DNA of 64,000 nt from assembly GCA_964035545.1 (NCBI GenBank), contig OZ037768.1, positions 20,815,700-20,879,699 on the forward strand, in the 5' to 3' direction. The translations under genes and the position numbers were made by a program. The notes beneath the pieces are model-generated. The model made no database searches. It had not been told where the DNA came from and saw nothing but the letters and a program-made list of their open reading frames with translations. The stretch is from Bugula neritina (Eukaryota; Animalia; Bryozoa). This document shows positions 38,501-52,642 of this stretch, one piece after another. Within the stretch, counting starts at the first letter, position 1; each line of letters opens with the position of its first letter.

Positions 38501-40173
38501 TGATGCACCAGCTTGCAACCCAGAGGTCTAGGGTTCGAATCCCAGTGCAGGCAAATATTTTACAGTAAACACTGTAGAGTGACTGCTACATCTAGCAATA
38601 GTAGTGTTGCTATTGTTTAGATACAAGATAATATTACTGCCATATTTTTCCTTTTAGGAACGATAAATGTGCTCAGTGTAATGGCATCACAACTTATGGC
38701 TGTAAGCCACCACCAGAAACGGCCAACCCGCCTGTCTACCGAGGGTTTAGCTCACTTGTAAGCTTAACCGCTCTCTCTTGTGTTCGAAAGGAAGTAATAG
38801 AAGAGTCAATTGGATTGCATAAAGTAACCAAATGTGATAAGGGTAAATATCAATGCCCTAGTGGTAAAAGATACAAACCAATGCATGGTTGTGTACAGGA
38901 CGACAATGCTCCTTTAGCTGACGAATGTAAAAAATGGATCAACACTTCTGACTATATAGAAAGTGGTGATCAAATCACAATACCACATTTGAATCTCACT
39001 ACTACAAAGTACAGTATTGTAGATGGACAAGCACTAGTTTGCGTTTTAGAATCTCAGGCAGCTTCATCTTCTGTGATAATTAGGAACACTCGACCCATAG
39101 AAAGTCCAATCTTGGTGGCAGTTCTATTGTGTGTATCTATAGCTTGTCTGATTGCACAACTTGCGTTGTACAGCAGGTATAGGGCCCTGAGAAATGTCGC
39201 TGGATTAATATTAATGTGCATGTGCGTTGCGATGCTCATAGCAGAAGCTCTTTTCCTCTCCACCACCTTTATTAAACCTACACCGGAAATATGCTTCTGG
39301 CCGGTAGTTTTTCAGCATTATTTTTTCCTGGTAGCTTTCTTTTGGATGAATGTAATGTCATTTGATGTAGCTCGAATGCTCAGTGCAGCAACCTACCAGA
39401 CAAGCAGTGGCAAGAAAAAGCTTGTTTTGTATAATCTATATGCGTGGATTACACCAGCCATATTTGTTGGCGCCGCACTAATTGCTGAGTTCACTGATGC
39501 AGCCATAGAACCAGCCTATGGCGCTGAAGGTTGCTGGTTTGGTACGCCGTATGGTCTCCTAATATACTTTCTAGCACCGATGTTCGCCATAATCCTGTGT
39601 AACGTGATTTTCTATATAGTGTCTATAACAGCAATAATTCGGGCTGCACGGCAAACAAAAATGGTGAACCCAGATATGAAAGAAAGGCTCTACCTTGCTA
39701 TTAAGTTGGTGATCGTAATGGGTCTACCTTGGATAATGGGTTTATTTACCGCTTTCTTTGACAGCATTGTGTTGAACTATATATTCGCTATTCTAAATGC
39801 TTCACAAGGCGCGTTAATATTTGTCTGCTATGTATTTAGTAAGACTGTGCTGAATCTAATAAAAACTGGAGGTAGATATCGAAGTAGAAGTAGCAAATCC
39901 TACTCAAACCAGACAAGCACTTTCAGCATTCGAAGCAGAAAGTCTAGCAACTCTACTTCTTCTAGAATTGTTGGCAGAACGTCTAACCCAGAGAGTTTCG
40001 TAGATATGACCAAGTCACCCACCTTGGACAGTGTCAGCAATGAGCCAAAGAATGAAAAGGTTTACAAAGAGCAACCTAATACATCTAACACCAAACAAAG
40101 GGATGCCGATCAAAAGACTGGTGAACATTCTACAAGCAATAAGTTTATTGTAGGGAAGATGACTACAGTATAG
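35029..40173 (+). CDS. Secretin-family (class B) Methuselah/adhesion-like 7TM GPCR with somatomedin-B domain, ~781 aa
   Basis: Exons 35029-35434, 36107-36326, 37888-38091, 38658-40173 (phases 1,2,2). Signal peptide; SMB-like [16 protein letters not shown]; two Y.N..CA.C.G repeats; 7tm_2 motifs [55 protein letters not shown]; Ser-rich cytoplasmic tail. Confidence 0.9.
35501..35585. repeat. (AT)n microsatellite
   Basis: About 42 perfect units. Confidence 0.97.
38482..38553 (+). pseudogene. Degenerate tRNA-like sequence (TGC anticodon position; tRNA pseudogene or head of another SINE) in a GPCR intron
   Basis: GCCCTTGTAGTGTAAC..CTTGCAA..AGGTCTAGGGTTCGAATCCCAGTGCAGGCA. B box and T-arm intact, but acceptor and anticodon stems pair poorly. 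Confidence 0.5.
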
Positions 40174-41382
40174 TAGTGAATATTTTTGTATTACATTACG
40201 AGTCTCAAGGAGATTAGGTTATTTTAGTGAATCATCCACCAAAAACAAGTCAGCAGTATTTCTATAACAAATCGTATCAAGCTACCTTATAATTTAGTGT
40301 ATTTTATTTTTGTGTTTACAGTGATTATCCAACTTAGCATAAACGGTGATAAATAAAGTTACCAGAAGCACATTGAAACTAAAATGTTTGTTGAAAGAGC
40401 CACTAAACTGTTGACTTAAATTCTCAGATCATCTTCAAAAGCTTTATAAACATTTCAATATACTTTTATTGCTTGTATTTCTTTTTGTGCTTTTTGTATA
40501 TATTTTACCAAATATAGCATATAATTATACCTAGAATTACGCAAAGTGTGGTAGAAATTGTAGAGAGTGGAAATGATTTGTACAGAAATTATTTATTAGA
40601 CTAGATCATTTGTTCTACGTTTGTTACAATTTAAAACTTACATATAGAGATGACTGACACTGTCAAAGTGCTAAAAATGTTAACTAGACATAGAAAAATA
40701 TTATAAAATATCTAATATTAATATAAAGCAGTAATACAAATGGCGTGTCCTTGTAATATCACTGTGAAATGATATGACAACTTCATCTCTACTGAGATAT
40801 AAGAAATAGTATAAAAACGTGTCCAAATAAGAAATAGATATAGTGAAAAAGTAGTAGTAATAGCATAACATAAACTAATTTCTACACTGTACAATAATAA
40901 ATTAAAGAAAATAATATGTTTATAGTACAGGATCACTATAAAAGAGACAAGCAAATGAGATGAAATAAGCGCTATAAACAGCACTGAAGTTTTGTCTATT
41001 ACGTTGTGCTACAATTACTTAATAAAGTTAGAAAATATTAAAGGCCAAAACCATCCAAATAAGGTCTAGTATGTTGGCTATCACTGAATAAATGTATAAA
41101 TTAGCCAGTTGACACAAACTGCAAAAGCCTTGCTCGGTTTAGACCAGTGCAGACAAAATCAATAAAACATGCATCCACAAATACTTAAAGTCACAATGCA
41201 TTTAGTCTCTGATTAAGTTAAAAATATAGAAAAGTGGAGGAGTTTTTATGACCCTCCGTTTGCACCAACAACTCATGACTCGTGGCAACTTTAGCGAGTG
41301 ACGAAACGAAACTCGCAAGTTTCACTTTGACCAGCACTGACGACACATATGAACATATAAACTCATGAGTTACAGAAACAGG

Positions 41383-41633
41383 CTACAGGATAGCTCTCTG
41401 TCTGTCATGGTGCTGGTGATTGTCTCCCTTGTTATAAGTCACGCTGCTCTCAGACCTTGACCTTGATGACCTGCTGCTGCCGCTAGTCGGGGTGTAGGCA
41501 CGCTGCGATATGATAGGCTTAGTGTGCATCGGGTGGAAGCCGGCAGCTGGACCCTGCAGTGTAGTCAAGTATTACACATTAATTTCAGCTAACTACTACT
41601 ACTGCTACTAATAGTACTACTAACTACTACTAT

Positions 41634-41665
<32 letters not shown>

Positions 41666-44600
41666 TTACTACTACTACTACTACTATCACTATGAAGGAA
41701 ATGAAGTGATGAACTTATCAACTATGAACGGTTTATAAGCTCATTTAACTCATTAGCTGTCAGTCTGGCAGCTCTAAAACTCTCTGTATTCTGTTGCTTT
41801 AGTTGATTGGAACTTGTTTATAAAATGTGAACACAGTAGGACTATAACTTGGCTGATTGGGACAAAATACGTCAAAAATGGTTTTGCTGAGAACAAATCC
41901 ATTTGCAGGAAATTTACAGACACATTTTGATGAAATAGCAATGCTGTATTCACATGCTGACGTTGAACTGGACTGAATATACTGAGAAAAATAAAGCCGT
42001 GACTTTTAATACAAAATTCTTTTTAGCTTTTCACTTTACTAAAACCCAAAATTATGCAGTTACTGTGAATTACTGAAGCAGGTGATAATAAATAATCTAC
42101 TTGAGATATTGAAGGGGGGAGATAGACGCCCTCACCTGTTGAGAAGAGTAACCACTGCTATATGAGTGAGACTCGGGTCCACGGGCCAAGTGGAAGGGAG
42201 AATTATAGCCACCTATATATGCCCCACCAGAGGGGAGAGGTTGGGGTGGCGCACTGGGGCCCCCGCTACAAGACATCATTGGCTGGGTTTGCAACTGCAT
42301 TTCCATGGCTGGCTGCTGAGATAAATAACCTGGCCTGCAGCAAATAAAAGATAAGCTACCATTGGTGAAGGTGTGGCATGTTTGTGAAGGTGTGACGTGT
42401 TGGTGAAGGTGCGACGTGTTGGCAGAGAGTTTCTCCCAAATCACGGCAGTTTACTAAAACTGAGCTAACATTATTACACATAGTCTGAGAAATAAACTTG
42501 AGTGTTGCTATACAACGCTATGCTTACAGCTCAACCTATACAACACCATGGCAGTGTGCACATATACGAGACTATATAAAGGAAACAGGCCCATCTTTTA
42601 GTTTCAACTAGCAGCTCACTTAACATGAACAAAGGAAAGCCAAGTTAAACATCACTACACACACTGATCGGCCACTAATCTAGAGTTCAAGGTCAGATAG
42701 CACAGGACTGACCTTTGAACCTGAGACAAGACTACAGGCATCTGCTGCTGGTTTAGTGAGACACAATAGCCGGGCTGCTGGGGGTACTGATTCATACCAC
42801 CATTCTGTGGGTATCGGCTCAACCCACCGGCCTGTGGGTACTGATTCATAGGGTTCTGCATGATATTCGGGTTGGTTGGGCCGGCAGGCGTCTGGGGCAC
42901 TGCGAATGAAAAGTAGCAGACGAGCTTTTACGTCTCGTAATACATGATAATTGACTAGAACAGCTATAGTTATCCAATGTATACTGTATAGTATAACTGT
43001 ATACTGTATAATATAACTGTATACCGTATAATATAACTGTATACTGTATAATATAATTATATACTGTATAATATAACTGTAAACTGTATAGTATAACTGT
43101 ATACTGTATAGTATAACTATATACTGTATAGTATAACTATATACTGTATAATATAACTATATACTGTATAGTATAACTATATACTGTATAATATAACTAT
43201 ATACTGTATAGTATAACTGTATACTGTATAGTATAACTATATACCGTATAGTATAAACTGTCTCATGTTATGAAAGGAAGGCCCTACCTTGCTGGTAAGT
43301 GATGCCGTCTTTAATTATTTGCTGCTGAGGCTGACCTGCACCAACAGTGCCATGAGTACTGGAGGGTATAGACGGTCTGTGCTCAGCTTCCCCTGGTTTC
43401 TTACCACATCTACAGAACAGTGCACAGTGTACACACTACATACTACATCTACAGAACAGTGCACACACTACATACAACATCTACAGAAGAGTGTACACAC
43501 TATATACTACACCTACAGAACAGTGCACACACTATATACTACATCTACAGAAGAGTGTACACACTACATACTACATACAACACCTACAGAACAGTGCACA
43601 CACTACATACAACATCTACAGAAGAGTGTACACACTATATACTACACCTACAGAACAGTGCACACACTACATAAAACACCTACAGAACAGTGTACACACT
43701 ACATACAACATGGCATGATAACTCTTACAACTACACAACAATTGACGTGAAATAATTCCAAAATCTGTACAGTATAACTATTAAGTTAAGATAGCCAAAA
43801 CTCCACATTTATAAACACCATTTAGACTTATTAGCTTCAAGCAAAATAATACAGAGCTCCTTCCAAATCTCACGGTTCCATTTCTCACGAAATTCCATTG
43901 CTCACGAGAGGGGCTTGGACCCCTGTTTTGTGGCTTATGTATATGTGTGTATAGGGACAAAATGGCCGAATACACCGGATCGGTGAGTTAAATCTGGTAT
44001 TCTACTATGTATTCTACAATGAAGTTTCAGGACCCGCAGCTTAGTGAGATACTGAGGAAGCACTGTATTTTATTTCTAAAGGCTACAACCAATGAGACTA
44101 CAACATCTAGCTTACTGTAACCACTACCACAGCCAGCTGTTACATGACACCCACCTTCTGCAAGTGCATATAACACACACTATAAGCAGTATCAGTATCA
44201 CCAATCCGCCAATCACAACTCCGATAAAACCAGCCACTCCCAGTGACATTATAGTCTGCCAGATGGAACTCTCAGTGGTGACTGAAGCTACAAGATTAAC
44301 AATAATCCGGTCATCTATCTATTAGCAACAAGAGCATATAACTCTCATGCTAACGTGAGACTTGGTTGAAAGAAATGGAAAAGGGAGAGTTGTAGAACTT
44401 GTACTACGCTATGATTTATGGTTTAGTGCAAAGAGAAGACAATAGTGATGCATGCAAAAACTGCAGATTCTTGTGGGTTTTCCACTCTTATTCAAATGCT
44501 CAACAAAAGATTTAATCTCCGTAATTAGAGCGAAAACAATGTTCAAATTTTAACATATTGGTAGTGAATTGAAATATAAATAAGAAATAGCTCAACAGAA

Positions 44601-47600
44601 AGTGTGTAGACTCTTCAGAATTTGCGAAGTTAACATCAGCCCAACTGTATTATTACAGCCCAAACTCTAACAGCCAGGCCATGCCTTAAAGTAGCTGAAT
44701 GGAAGAAAAAGCATGATTGGTCATAACATTAGATAGAAAATTCATGCTGGAAGTAGAAGAACCTGCCAACTGTAATCATGATACTAAAACAATGGGATGC
44801 AAGCAGAGCTTGGCTAGTTACCAACTTGTTATTTTTCAGCCAGAAATGTGCAAAATAAATTCAAACAAAAATGGGCTGAAGTATATTACGTAACGCCATT
44901 CCAACTCTACCTTCTAACATTATATCTTGGATTCTATTTTAAAATAGATGAGAATAAAACGACTTTTTATAAATATGCACGTCACCATAAAGTATGCGCT
45001 GTCACAGCAATAAAAACAAAACAAACTCGAAATTAAAATAGCATCCAGTCATTACTAAATAAATTCAATAATACTGCCATTTTCAATGAACCACCAAAAT
45101 ATAATTGTAATGCTGAACCATTTGGTGCAGTAAATAAAAACAAGTAGAATAAACAAGGCCCTAAACAGGTTAAAAATTTATGCAGATCTATCAATTTCAG
45201 GTGAGATAATATTTGGAGTTGTTATCTATATCTCGAATAAATATAGAGCTTAGGAGTTGTCTTCCCTTTATTTATTGAAATTTTGTAGTTAAAAATTAGG
45301 AAGATTAGTATATAAAAGCTGGACTGCCATTTTAATCACTGATTTATTAATTTTATTAGCCCCAATTTGTGTTAGTACGATGAAGCCACCCTCTCATAGC
45401 AAGTAAATCAACAGCCAGATCAAGGTGATGTTTACAATCACATTCATGACAGAGAAACGCAATAGAAGCTGGAGCAGTTTAAGTGCTAAAATCTGTGAAT
45501 CAGAAAGCATTTGTAACCTGCTGAATCTGTAGTTCTGGGCGTGAGCAGGTCAAACACTGGAGCTACAATATCAGAACATAACAGAGTTTGTATATCTAGT
45601 TAAATGAAGAGCGAGAGTCGCACTCGCCCGACCAACATATTCCCGAAATGCTAGAAATATTCTTTATACATAGTAGACTGTAGAGCGTGAGTTGGCGAAC
45701 AACACAAAAAGCTAAATATTGTGATATCAAAGTGTTCTGAAAACTGTAGGTTCATAAGTAATTCATGAATCAGGAATATAATTACATATGAAGAGTGTTT
45801 ACCAACATGATCATCATAATATTGATTTAATGAAAAACCGTGGCTTGTTAACAACATTGCAATTTGATCTAGTGCCGATGCTTCTACATGTTCATAGTAA
45901 ATACACATTAGCAGTGAACTACAAATTATAAATGCAAAAATATACTGGCAGAAAGACAGTAAACCACAACACTAATTATAACTTTTCATATACACAGACA
46001 GTCAAGAAAATTACAGTTTTTTAACTCCCAGACTTGGAAAACTACACAGTCATGTTTGAATTACATAGCCTCAGATCTCAACTACTCACACTCCTCTAGC
46101 GGGTTGCACTGACTAGCCCCGTTATCATCTTCGTCTTCACCATTAGCACAGTGGCTAATTCCGTCACACAGCCAGGCGGACTCAATGCACGTGGAAGACA
46201 GGAAACAGTAGAAGTCATTGAGAGAGCAGAAAGGGCCGTCACTACCAACTCCGTCTTCGACTGTAAAATATACGTACGCCTGCAGAGGGGGGGGGGAAGA
46301 CAACTCCCAATGTATATTTAACACAGTGGAAGTTAGTATGAGAGGAAATCATCTACTAAAGTACAAGTTTATCATAAACTTGTCACAAATGATTAATGTC
46401 TGGTCATGAGTAAAATTCATTTGAAATTGCTTTGGAATCAGAAGAAAAAGTAAATAATTATAATTATAACTATGATAGACTATTTCTCTATATCCTTAAA
46501 TTATTTCTTATTTACAGAAAGATAAAAATTTGCACTCTTTTATCTACATTGAAAGTATCGTAACACTTCTGGAAATGTTCAGAAATGAAATCCTTTGACA
46601 TATAATACATGAAAATACAATAATAAACTTCCTTTTCATTCACAACTATGAAACCCTTGCACCATCAAAAATCATAAAGTTCAACAAGAATAGCTGGAAA
46701 TACCCATAATACTATTAATGTAACCACCAGAGAGTCAATAGATAGACATAGAGTAGAGTACTGTTGTATTAATTTACTATGAGACACGCTAAAAGCTACT
46801 GACCTTGGAAAACAGCTGAAATCTCAAACTTGAATCCTCTGCCCAGAACACCAGAAACATCAGTTCTACAAAATGGCATAATCATCTATATTATGTTTAT
46901 AGTCTGTCTGTATTCTGTCTATAGTCTGTCTATAGTCTGTCTGTATTCTGTCTACACACCATCTATATTCTACCTGTATTCTGTCTACACACTATCTATA
47001 TTCTACCTGTATTCTGTCTACACACTATCTATATTCTACCTGTATTCTGTCTACACACTATCTATATTCTACCTGTATTCTGTCTACACACTATCTATAT
47101 TCTACCTGTATTCTGTCTACACACTATCTATATTCTACCTGTATTCTGTCTACACACTATCTATATTCTACCTGTATTCTGTCTACACACTATCTATATT
47201 CTACCTGTATTCTGTCTACACACTATCTATATTCTACCTGTATTCTGTCTACACACTATCTATATTCTACCTGTATTCTGTCTACACACTATCTATATTC
47301 TACCTGTATTCTGTCTACACACTATCTATATTCTACCTGTATTCTGTCTGCACACTATCTATATTCTACCTGTATTCTGTCTACACACTATCTATATTCT
47401 ACCTGTATTCTGTCTACACACTATCTATATTCTACCTGTATTCTGTCTACACACTATCTATATTCTACCTGTATTCTGTCTACACACTATCTATATTTTA
47501 CCTGTATTCTGTCTACACACTATCTATATTCTACCTGTATTCTGTCTACACACTATCTATATTCTGTCTACACACCATCTATATTCTGTCTATATTCTAC

Positions 47601-50600
47601 CTGTATTCTATCACTAAAATACACTATACTCTATAGAGTGACTATCAGTTGAACTGGCAATACAGAAGCTTCCTATGATTTCTTATGATTAACAAAGAAC
47701 TCCCCTCCATTAAGTAGGCTAATCATATATATGTTTATTAGCATATTAAGGCCACTTAACCAAATATTATCAGACAGATTGTCATGGTCTCTGTGAGAGA
47801 CAAAAGGCTGTCCTTATGTTGAGTGAAAACTAATTTATTTTGTGTTTTTTATAAGATTCCCACAAACCAGACAAATTTTACCTCTCACTGATAACATTCA
47901 AGTAGGTTTCATCATTATATCATTTCCATCACAGTTTATTATAACTACTTCTTCAAGATGTTTGCTATACTCTAATGTGACGTAAATGACTCAAATATTT
48001 GTTTTAATTTTAATATTTTCAGCAAGCACTTTACTAGCGACTCCTAAATACCAACTAGTGGCAGGTATTAGTAACTAGCAACTGACTACTAGCTACTGAC
48101 TACTAGCTACTGATTACTAGCAACTGACTACTAACAACTGACAAACTCTCATATTAAAATAGTGGCAGTTGCTGCTACTAGTTACCGACTAGGGATTGCT
48201 AAGTTATAAGGACTAGCACTGGATACAGTTTAGGGGATTCACCTGAAGAATACAGATATGTAGGGTCCAGTGGAGGTGATGATAGGGGGAAGCGTGTTAC
48301 CACATAGTCCTCCATTCTGTCCAGCTGCTCTCTGAAACACTACCTCACATATATTACACATATTATTATATATTACAGATATTACATATATTACATATAT
48401 AATATATTACAGATATTACACATATACTAGATATATTACACATTACATTTATTAGATGTATTACATGTAACTTATATTAGATGTATTACATGTAACTTAT
48501 ACTACATATATTACATATTATTTAAACGAATATTTATAATATAGCAAAGGGAGCAGCAGTGGTATAGTGGTCAAAGTGCAGGCCGAGTATGACACAGGTC
48601 ACAGGTTGAGTGAATGTTATTGATGATGTCAGGAAGAGCATTCTGTGCCACAGAAAAAGCCCTGAAACCATGTTACCAGCATGGTGAGAGGCACAGTTCT
48701 TAGCTCCCTTAAAAACCCTTGTAACCAGAGGTTCTCACAGAAATGGAGACTTTAAACTAATGTGAGTTAAAATACAAGATGGCAGAATATAGTGCATATT
48801 AACAGGCAGGTGCAGCAATGGATAAATTTACAACAACCCAAGTTTTAACATTTTCTCAGAAAGAAATGTGTTCTAGAGGTAAGATATGCTCTGCACTCCA
48901 GACTATAAGGCATTGACTCAAACTGAAAGATTTCATTCTACTATGACTTCTGTTACTGCAAGTAATTGAGTTAGAAACTGAAATAGAAGTATTAACGCTC
49001 AAGACAGGTGATAAACATACTATTATACACTGTAAGTACAAGTGATACATCTACGTCTGTATCAAGTAACAAAAAGATTAGGAGAGAAATAATCAATTAT
49101 GATGTTTTACAAGACAGGCTAATGCTTCACAAGAGTGCAACTATTTCCACAAGTTCTGTCAGGTGAATGCAGAGGCATTTGGTATGGTGGTTACGTGACA
49201 CACAACTCTAACATGACACGTAGCTCTGTGACACGTAGCTCTAATGTGACTGCAACTGCAGTCCCATAGTCATATGACATACAGTCACAGAAGAAAGTGT
49301 AAATAACTACTAAATTTACATGGCCACAGCACACTGGTCTATGACGAAGGGAGATAGCTGATGTTACTACCACCGCTAGATAATTGCATTTATACAGATT
49401 CCCTGACATGATTTCATTAGTCAGTTCATCTCACTTCATAATTTAATTACTCTCAGCTAAAAGCCCCACTCAGTGCCTCAGTATGTCTACACTGCGCAGC
49501 TAAGCTAATCAGTAAACACATGCTGAGAGCTGTCAGAACTCACATGACACTTGCACCTTGGTGACATTTCTATCAGCAGAGCACCTGCTCCTGCTGATTG
49601 CCCACATTGCACTGTAGCTGCTGCCGATGCTGCCCTATGAGAATGCTGTTGCTATGACACATCTTTTCGTGATGTCTGGTGTCTTGTGTAGAAGTTTTAT
49701 GAATATGAAAACTCAAAATTCTTTTCATGAAACGGTTAACTAATTTATTTATGTTTTTAAAAATGTTCACCGAATGTTTTACAGTATTCAGCTTCAAAAA
49801 ATCTTTGTATTACGAAGTGAACGCAGCACATGGCGCATAAAGTTCCTACTACTGTTTAGGAACCCAAACTAACTGGAATTACACTTGGTGTACTCACAAA
49901 AGCCCGTTGACCAATAGTATTGGAGTCATAGAGGTACAGGGCGTCTGTGCACACCCCGTTGTACAGGAAGTCTGGTATATCCAGGTACTCAAACTTGACT
50001 TGCAGCTTCCAGTTCTCTCTCTCAGCTATGAAGGTGACCTGACACTCCTGTGAGTGGGAGTAGTGGGCTACTGTGTCAGGTCTGTAGTGGGAGTATACAG
50101 TGGCCGACCCTAGCTCGATCTCTTTACCACAGTCACTGCCTTGTGTGTATACTACAATAGTGTTATAGTCCAGATGTCTATGTAAAACGGGTTCTAATAG
50201 CATTTAAAAGTTGTAGGATTTGAAATACAACACATATCTAGAGAAAGTAGCCCGGTGTAAAAATTTAAACACTAGAGTAAAAGTTTCAGCCATTAGCAAC
50301 CTATTTCAAGATCAAATGCACTATGGGACCAATTTTGGGGAAATTAAAAAATACCTATACATTTGAATGCCACTAAAGGTCTCGTCAGTAATGAAACGTT
50401 AAATGTTACTATTAACACTTCTAATTCCAGTAAATAATCTCAGACTGAAAAAATTAATCTACAACGCAGCAGTCGAATTGTACCAAGTAATTAAAATGTA
50501 ATTAGAAAGCTGCAAGCCTCTTAGCAAGTAGTAATAGAACTGTAGTGTGACTCTGTTGTCACATGATCTACAGCTTAGTCATGCTGAATGCAATGGCTAG

Positions 50601-52171
50601 TTGAAAACAATCATCTGACTGAAGGACCCTCAAATTAAACAATTAACTGTGTTGTACGAGGTACTTATTACAGCAGCTTCTGTGTGTTTGGTAGTTAACA
50701 GGCTGCATGGGTCCAACTATCAATCAATTTGATTATTATTGACATAGTAGAACTGTAAACAGCTAAATAGCATGACCAATGCAATGTTAACTACATATTA
50801 TATACAAGTATCATGTTACTATAAAACTTAACACTGAAAAACGCCTCATAGTTAAACAAGGAAAGCAATTTTATTTGCATGTGATAACGGAATTCTAAGA
50901 AATCATTTTTCAGTTTCAATATCTTTTTTTGTTATTAGAAACAAGTGCATTATTGGGTCAGTGGAACCAACTAACATTTGAAGTATCGCTAGAAATTCAT
51001 TCAGGAATATCAAATAAAATCGCTATAATAGCAAAGAGGAAATTAAATGAAAAATCAATTTTAATTTGTAAATTAGCTCAATGAAATGAAACATGCCTTA
51101 TTCATATCGAGAAGCTCCTGTTACATATTGCATGCATCCTGCAAGGTTATGCCCGAGTTAATAGAATCCTATTTCATGTTTATTGGTTTAATTCAATGTA
51201 AACTATCCTCAGGGCATAAACCTTTCCACACTCTATCTGCCAATCTTCCTTGTGTTATTAGACCGGATTATTGATTGGAAAGTTTAGCTACAGTTTCATC
51301 TGCCATTATCAATTGATGGTCAAACAACTGCATACAACCCAAGACACACATCTAGTTGTGGTGTTGAAAATAGACCATGAAAATACAACACTTGTGCAAA
51401 TATAGAAATAGAAATATTAGCCAAGGTGTTTGCAGCCACGATCTATTTTCCCACTAATTTAAAAGTATGCATATATTATATTATATTACAGTCACAGAGC
51501 AGATGTAAGACCGTACATAGGAGGAGAAACAAGATGATTTCACAACCTGGCTACGATATTATTGGCTTGGAGATAGCAGAATTCTTCTTTTTTACTTTTA
51601 CAAGAAAGATTTGAGTTTATATACATGTTTTTAGTTGATATATAAATTAACTAAAGAGTGAAGCTATATGCTAGAAATAGTTATAGAATAAATGGGCTTC
51701 ATGCATCATAATATTTAGTAGAATATAACATCTATTATAAAAATAATATTCAATTATTTGACCTAAACAAATATTTTAATTGATAAAAATTATGCCATAA
51801 TTCAACAAGTTAGCAGAGTTATTTTCTATCAGTAAAATAGTTGATGAGTTGTGAAAATGTTAAGTCTTATACACATTTCCAATACACTTCACCATTCAAA
51901 GTGAATTTGGTTCACTTTTAGGTACTAATATTTGATAAATAACACATAACGCTGAAAACAGCATTTTGACTCAATAACATTTTTACAAGAATTAAATAAA
52001 AGACTCATTCAAATTGTAGAATCAAAATGCTATTTACAAGACAACTGATTAGTAACTTGGTAAGTACTTACAAATTTGATTAGTTGAGGCAGCACAGTTG
52101 ACTATCCTGTGAGACAGCAAGAGAAAAATAGACAGCCAGCTAGTCTGCATGTTTATGGATTTGTGTTTCAT
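41383..52171 (-). CDS. Type I membrane protein: signal peptide, CUB, LDL-receptor class A, TM, Pro/Gln/Ser-rich tail (LDLRAD2/NETO/Culd-like architecture), ~495 aa
   Basis: Exons 52171-52072, 50151-49898, 48331-48243, 46865-46804, 46260-46090, 44287-44155, 43409-43288, 42899-42713, 42334-42136, 41553-41383, all phase-consistent. CUB motifs YSHSQECQVTF..LQVKFEYLDI..CTDALYLYD..LCGNTLP..GRGFK; LDLa CIESAWLCDGISHCANGEDE; TM GVAGFIGVVIGGLVILILLIVCVI followed by CTCRRCGKK. Confidence 0.85.
41592..41687. repeat. (ACT)n microsatellite
   Basis: Direct inspection. Confidence 0.9.
42978..43260. repeat. 20-bp minisatellite ATACTGTATARTATAACTRT
   Basis: About 14 copies. Confidence 0.92.
43404..43711 (-). 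repeat. 32-bp minisatellite containing the splice acceptor of a CUB-LDLa exon
   Basis: 9 copies of CTACAGAA on the + strand (TTCTGTAG|ATGT on the minus strand). The copy at 43410 is the real acceptor. Confidence 0.9.
46900..47610. repeat. 33-bp minisatellite CTACCTGTATTCTGTCTACACACTATCTATATT
   Basis: About 21 near-perfect copies. Generates the spurious YLYSVYTLSIF ORF. Confidence 0.95.
48349..48520. repeat. Degenerate TATTACATA low-complexity repeat
   Basis: Direct inspection. Confidence 0.8.
48550..48768 (+). mobile_element. Diverged copy of the same tRNA-SINE family
   Basis: GGAGCAGCAGTGGTATAGTGGTC head, GATGTCAGGAAGAGCAT core, and 3' end ttctcacag...aaact..tgtgagtt. Confidence 0.7.
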
Positions 52172-52425
52172 GACGACATGATCACAGACTTTCTCTCAGT
52201 ATATTCGCTACCATTATCTAGCCTGTAATTAGCAATGTATTCCTTATAAAAAAGATAAATGTGTGAGTGTGTGCGTGTGTATCAAAAAATAGCATCAAAA
52301 GCAAATCAAGCGTTGAACTTCTCACTAAATTAGATGTCCGAGTTCAAAAATTAGAATATTACACATAATTTTGGTAGGAAGTCCATAACCTCATTATGTG
52401 CTCCTCTGGTGGTTAGATCTGTTTA

Positions 52426-52642
52426 AAAAAACTCACGCAAGTTTATAGTCACTATCCCTGTGAGAAACCCCTGATAGAAAGGGTTTTTGTTAAAGTGGGC
52501 TAAGGACTTATTTAAATGAGGCACAGGAGCAATTATGACTGGATGCTCTTCCTAACATCACCAAAGGCCTTTGTCAGGGCTCGAACCCATGACCTTCGTG
52601 TTTACTAGGCAAACGCTCTAACCCCTAGACCACGGCTGCTCC
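52426..52642 (-). mobile_element. tRNA-derived SINE, full-length copy 2
   Basis: Same family as 15264-15480. Perfect 16-bp TSD TGGTTAGATCTGTTTA at 52410-52425 and 52643-52658. Confidence 0.92.

Noticed and set aside
46261-46281. Alternative acceptor at 46280 suggested by the ORF track
   Set aside because: Out of frame with the phase-1 upstream exon. The acceptor at 46261 keeps the LDLa frame.
46830-47636. 268-aa ORF of YLYSVYTLSIF repeats
   Set aside because: Stop-free frame of a 33-bp intronic minisatellite, antisense to the CUB-LDLa gene, with a TTG start and no coding features.
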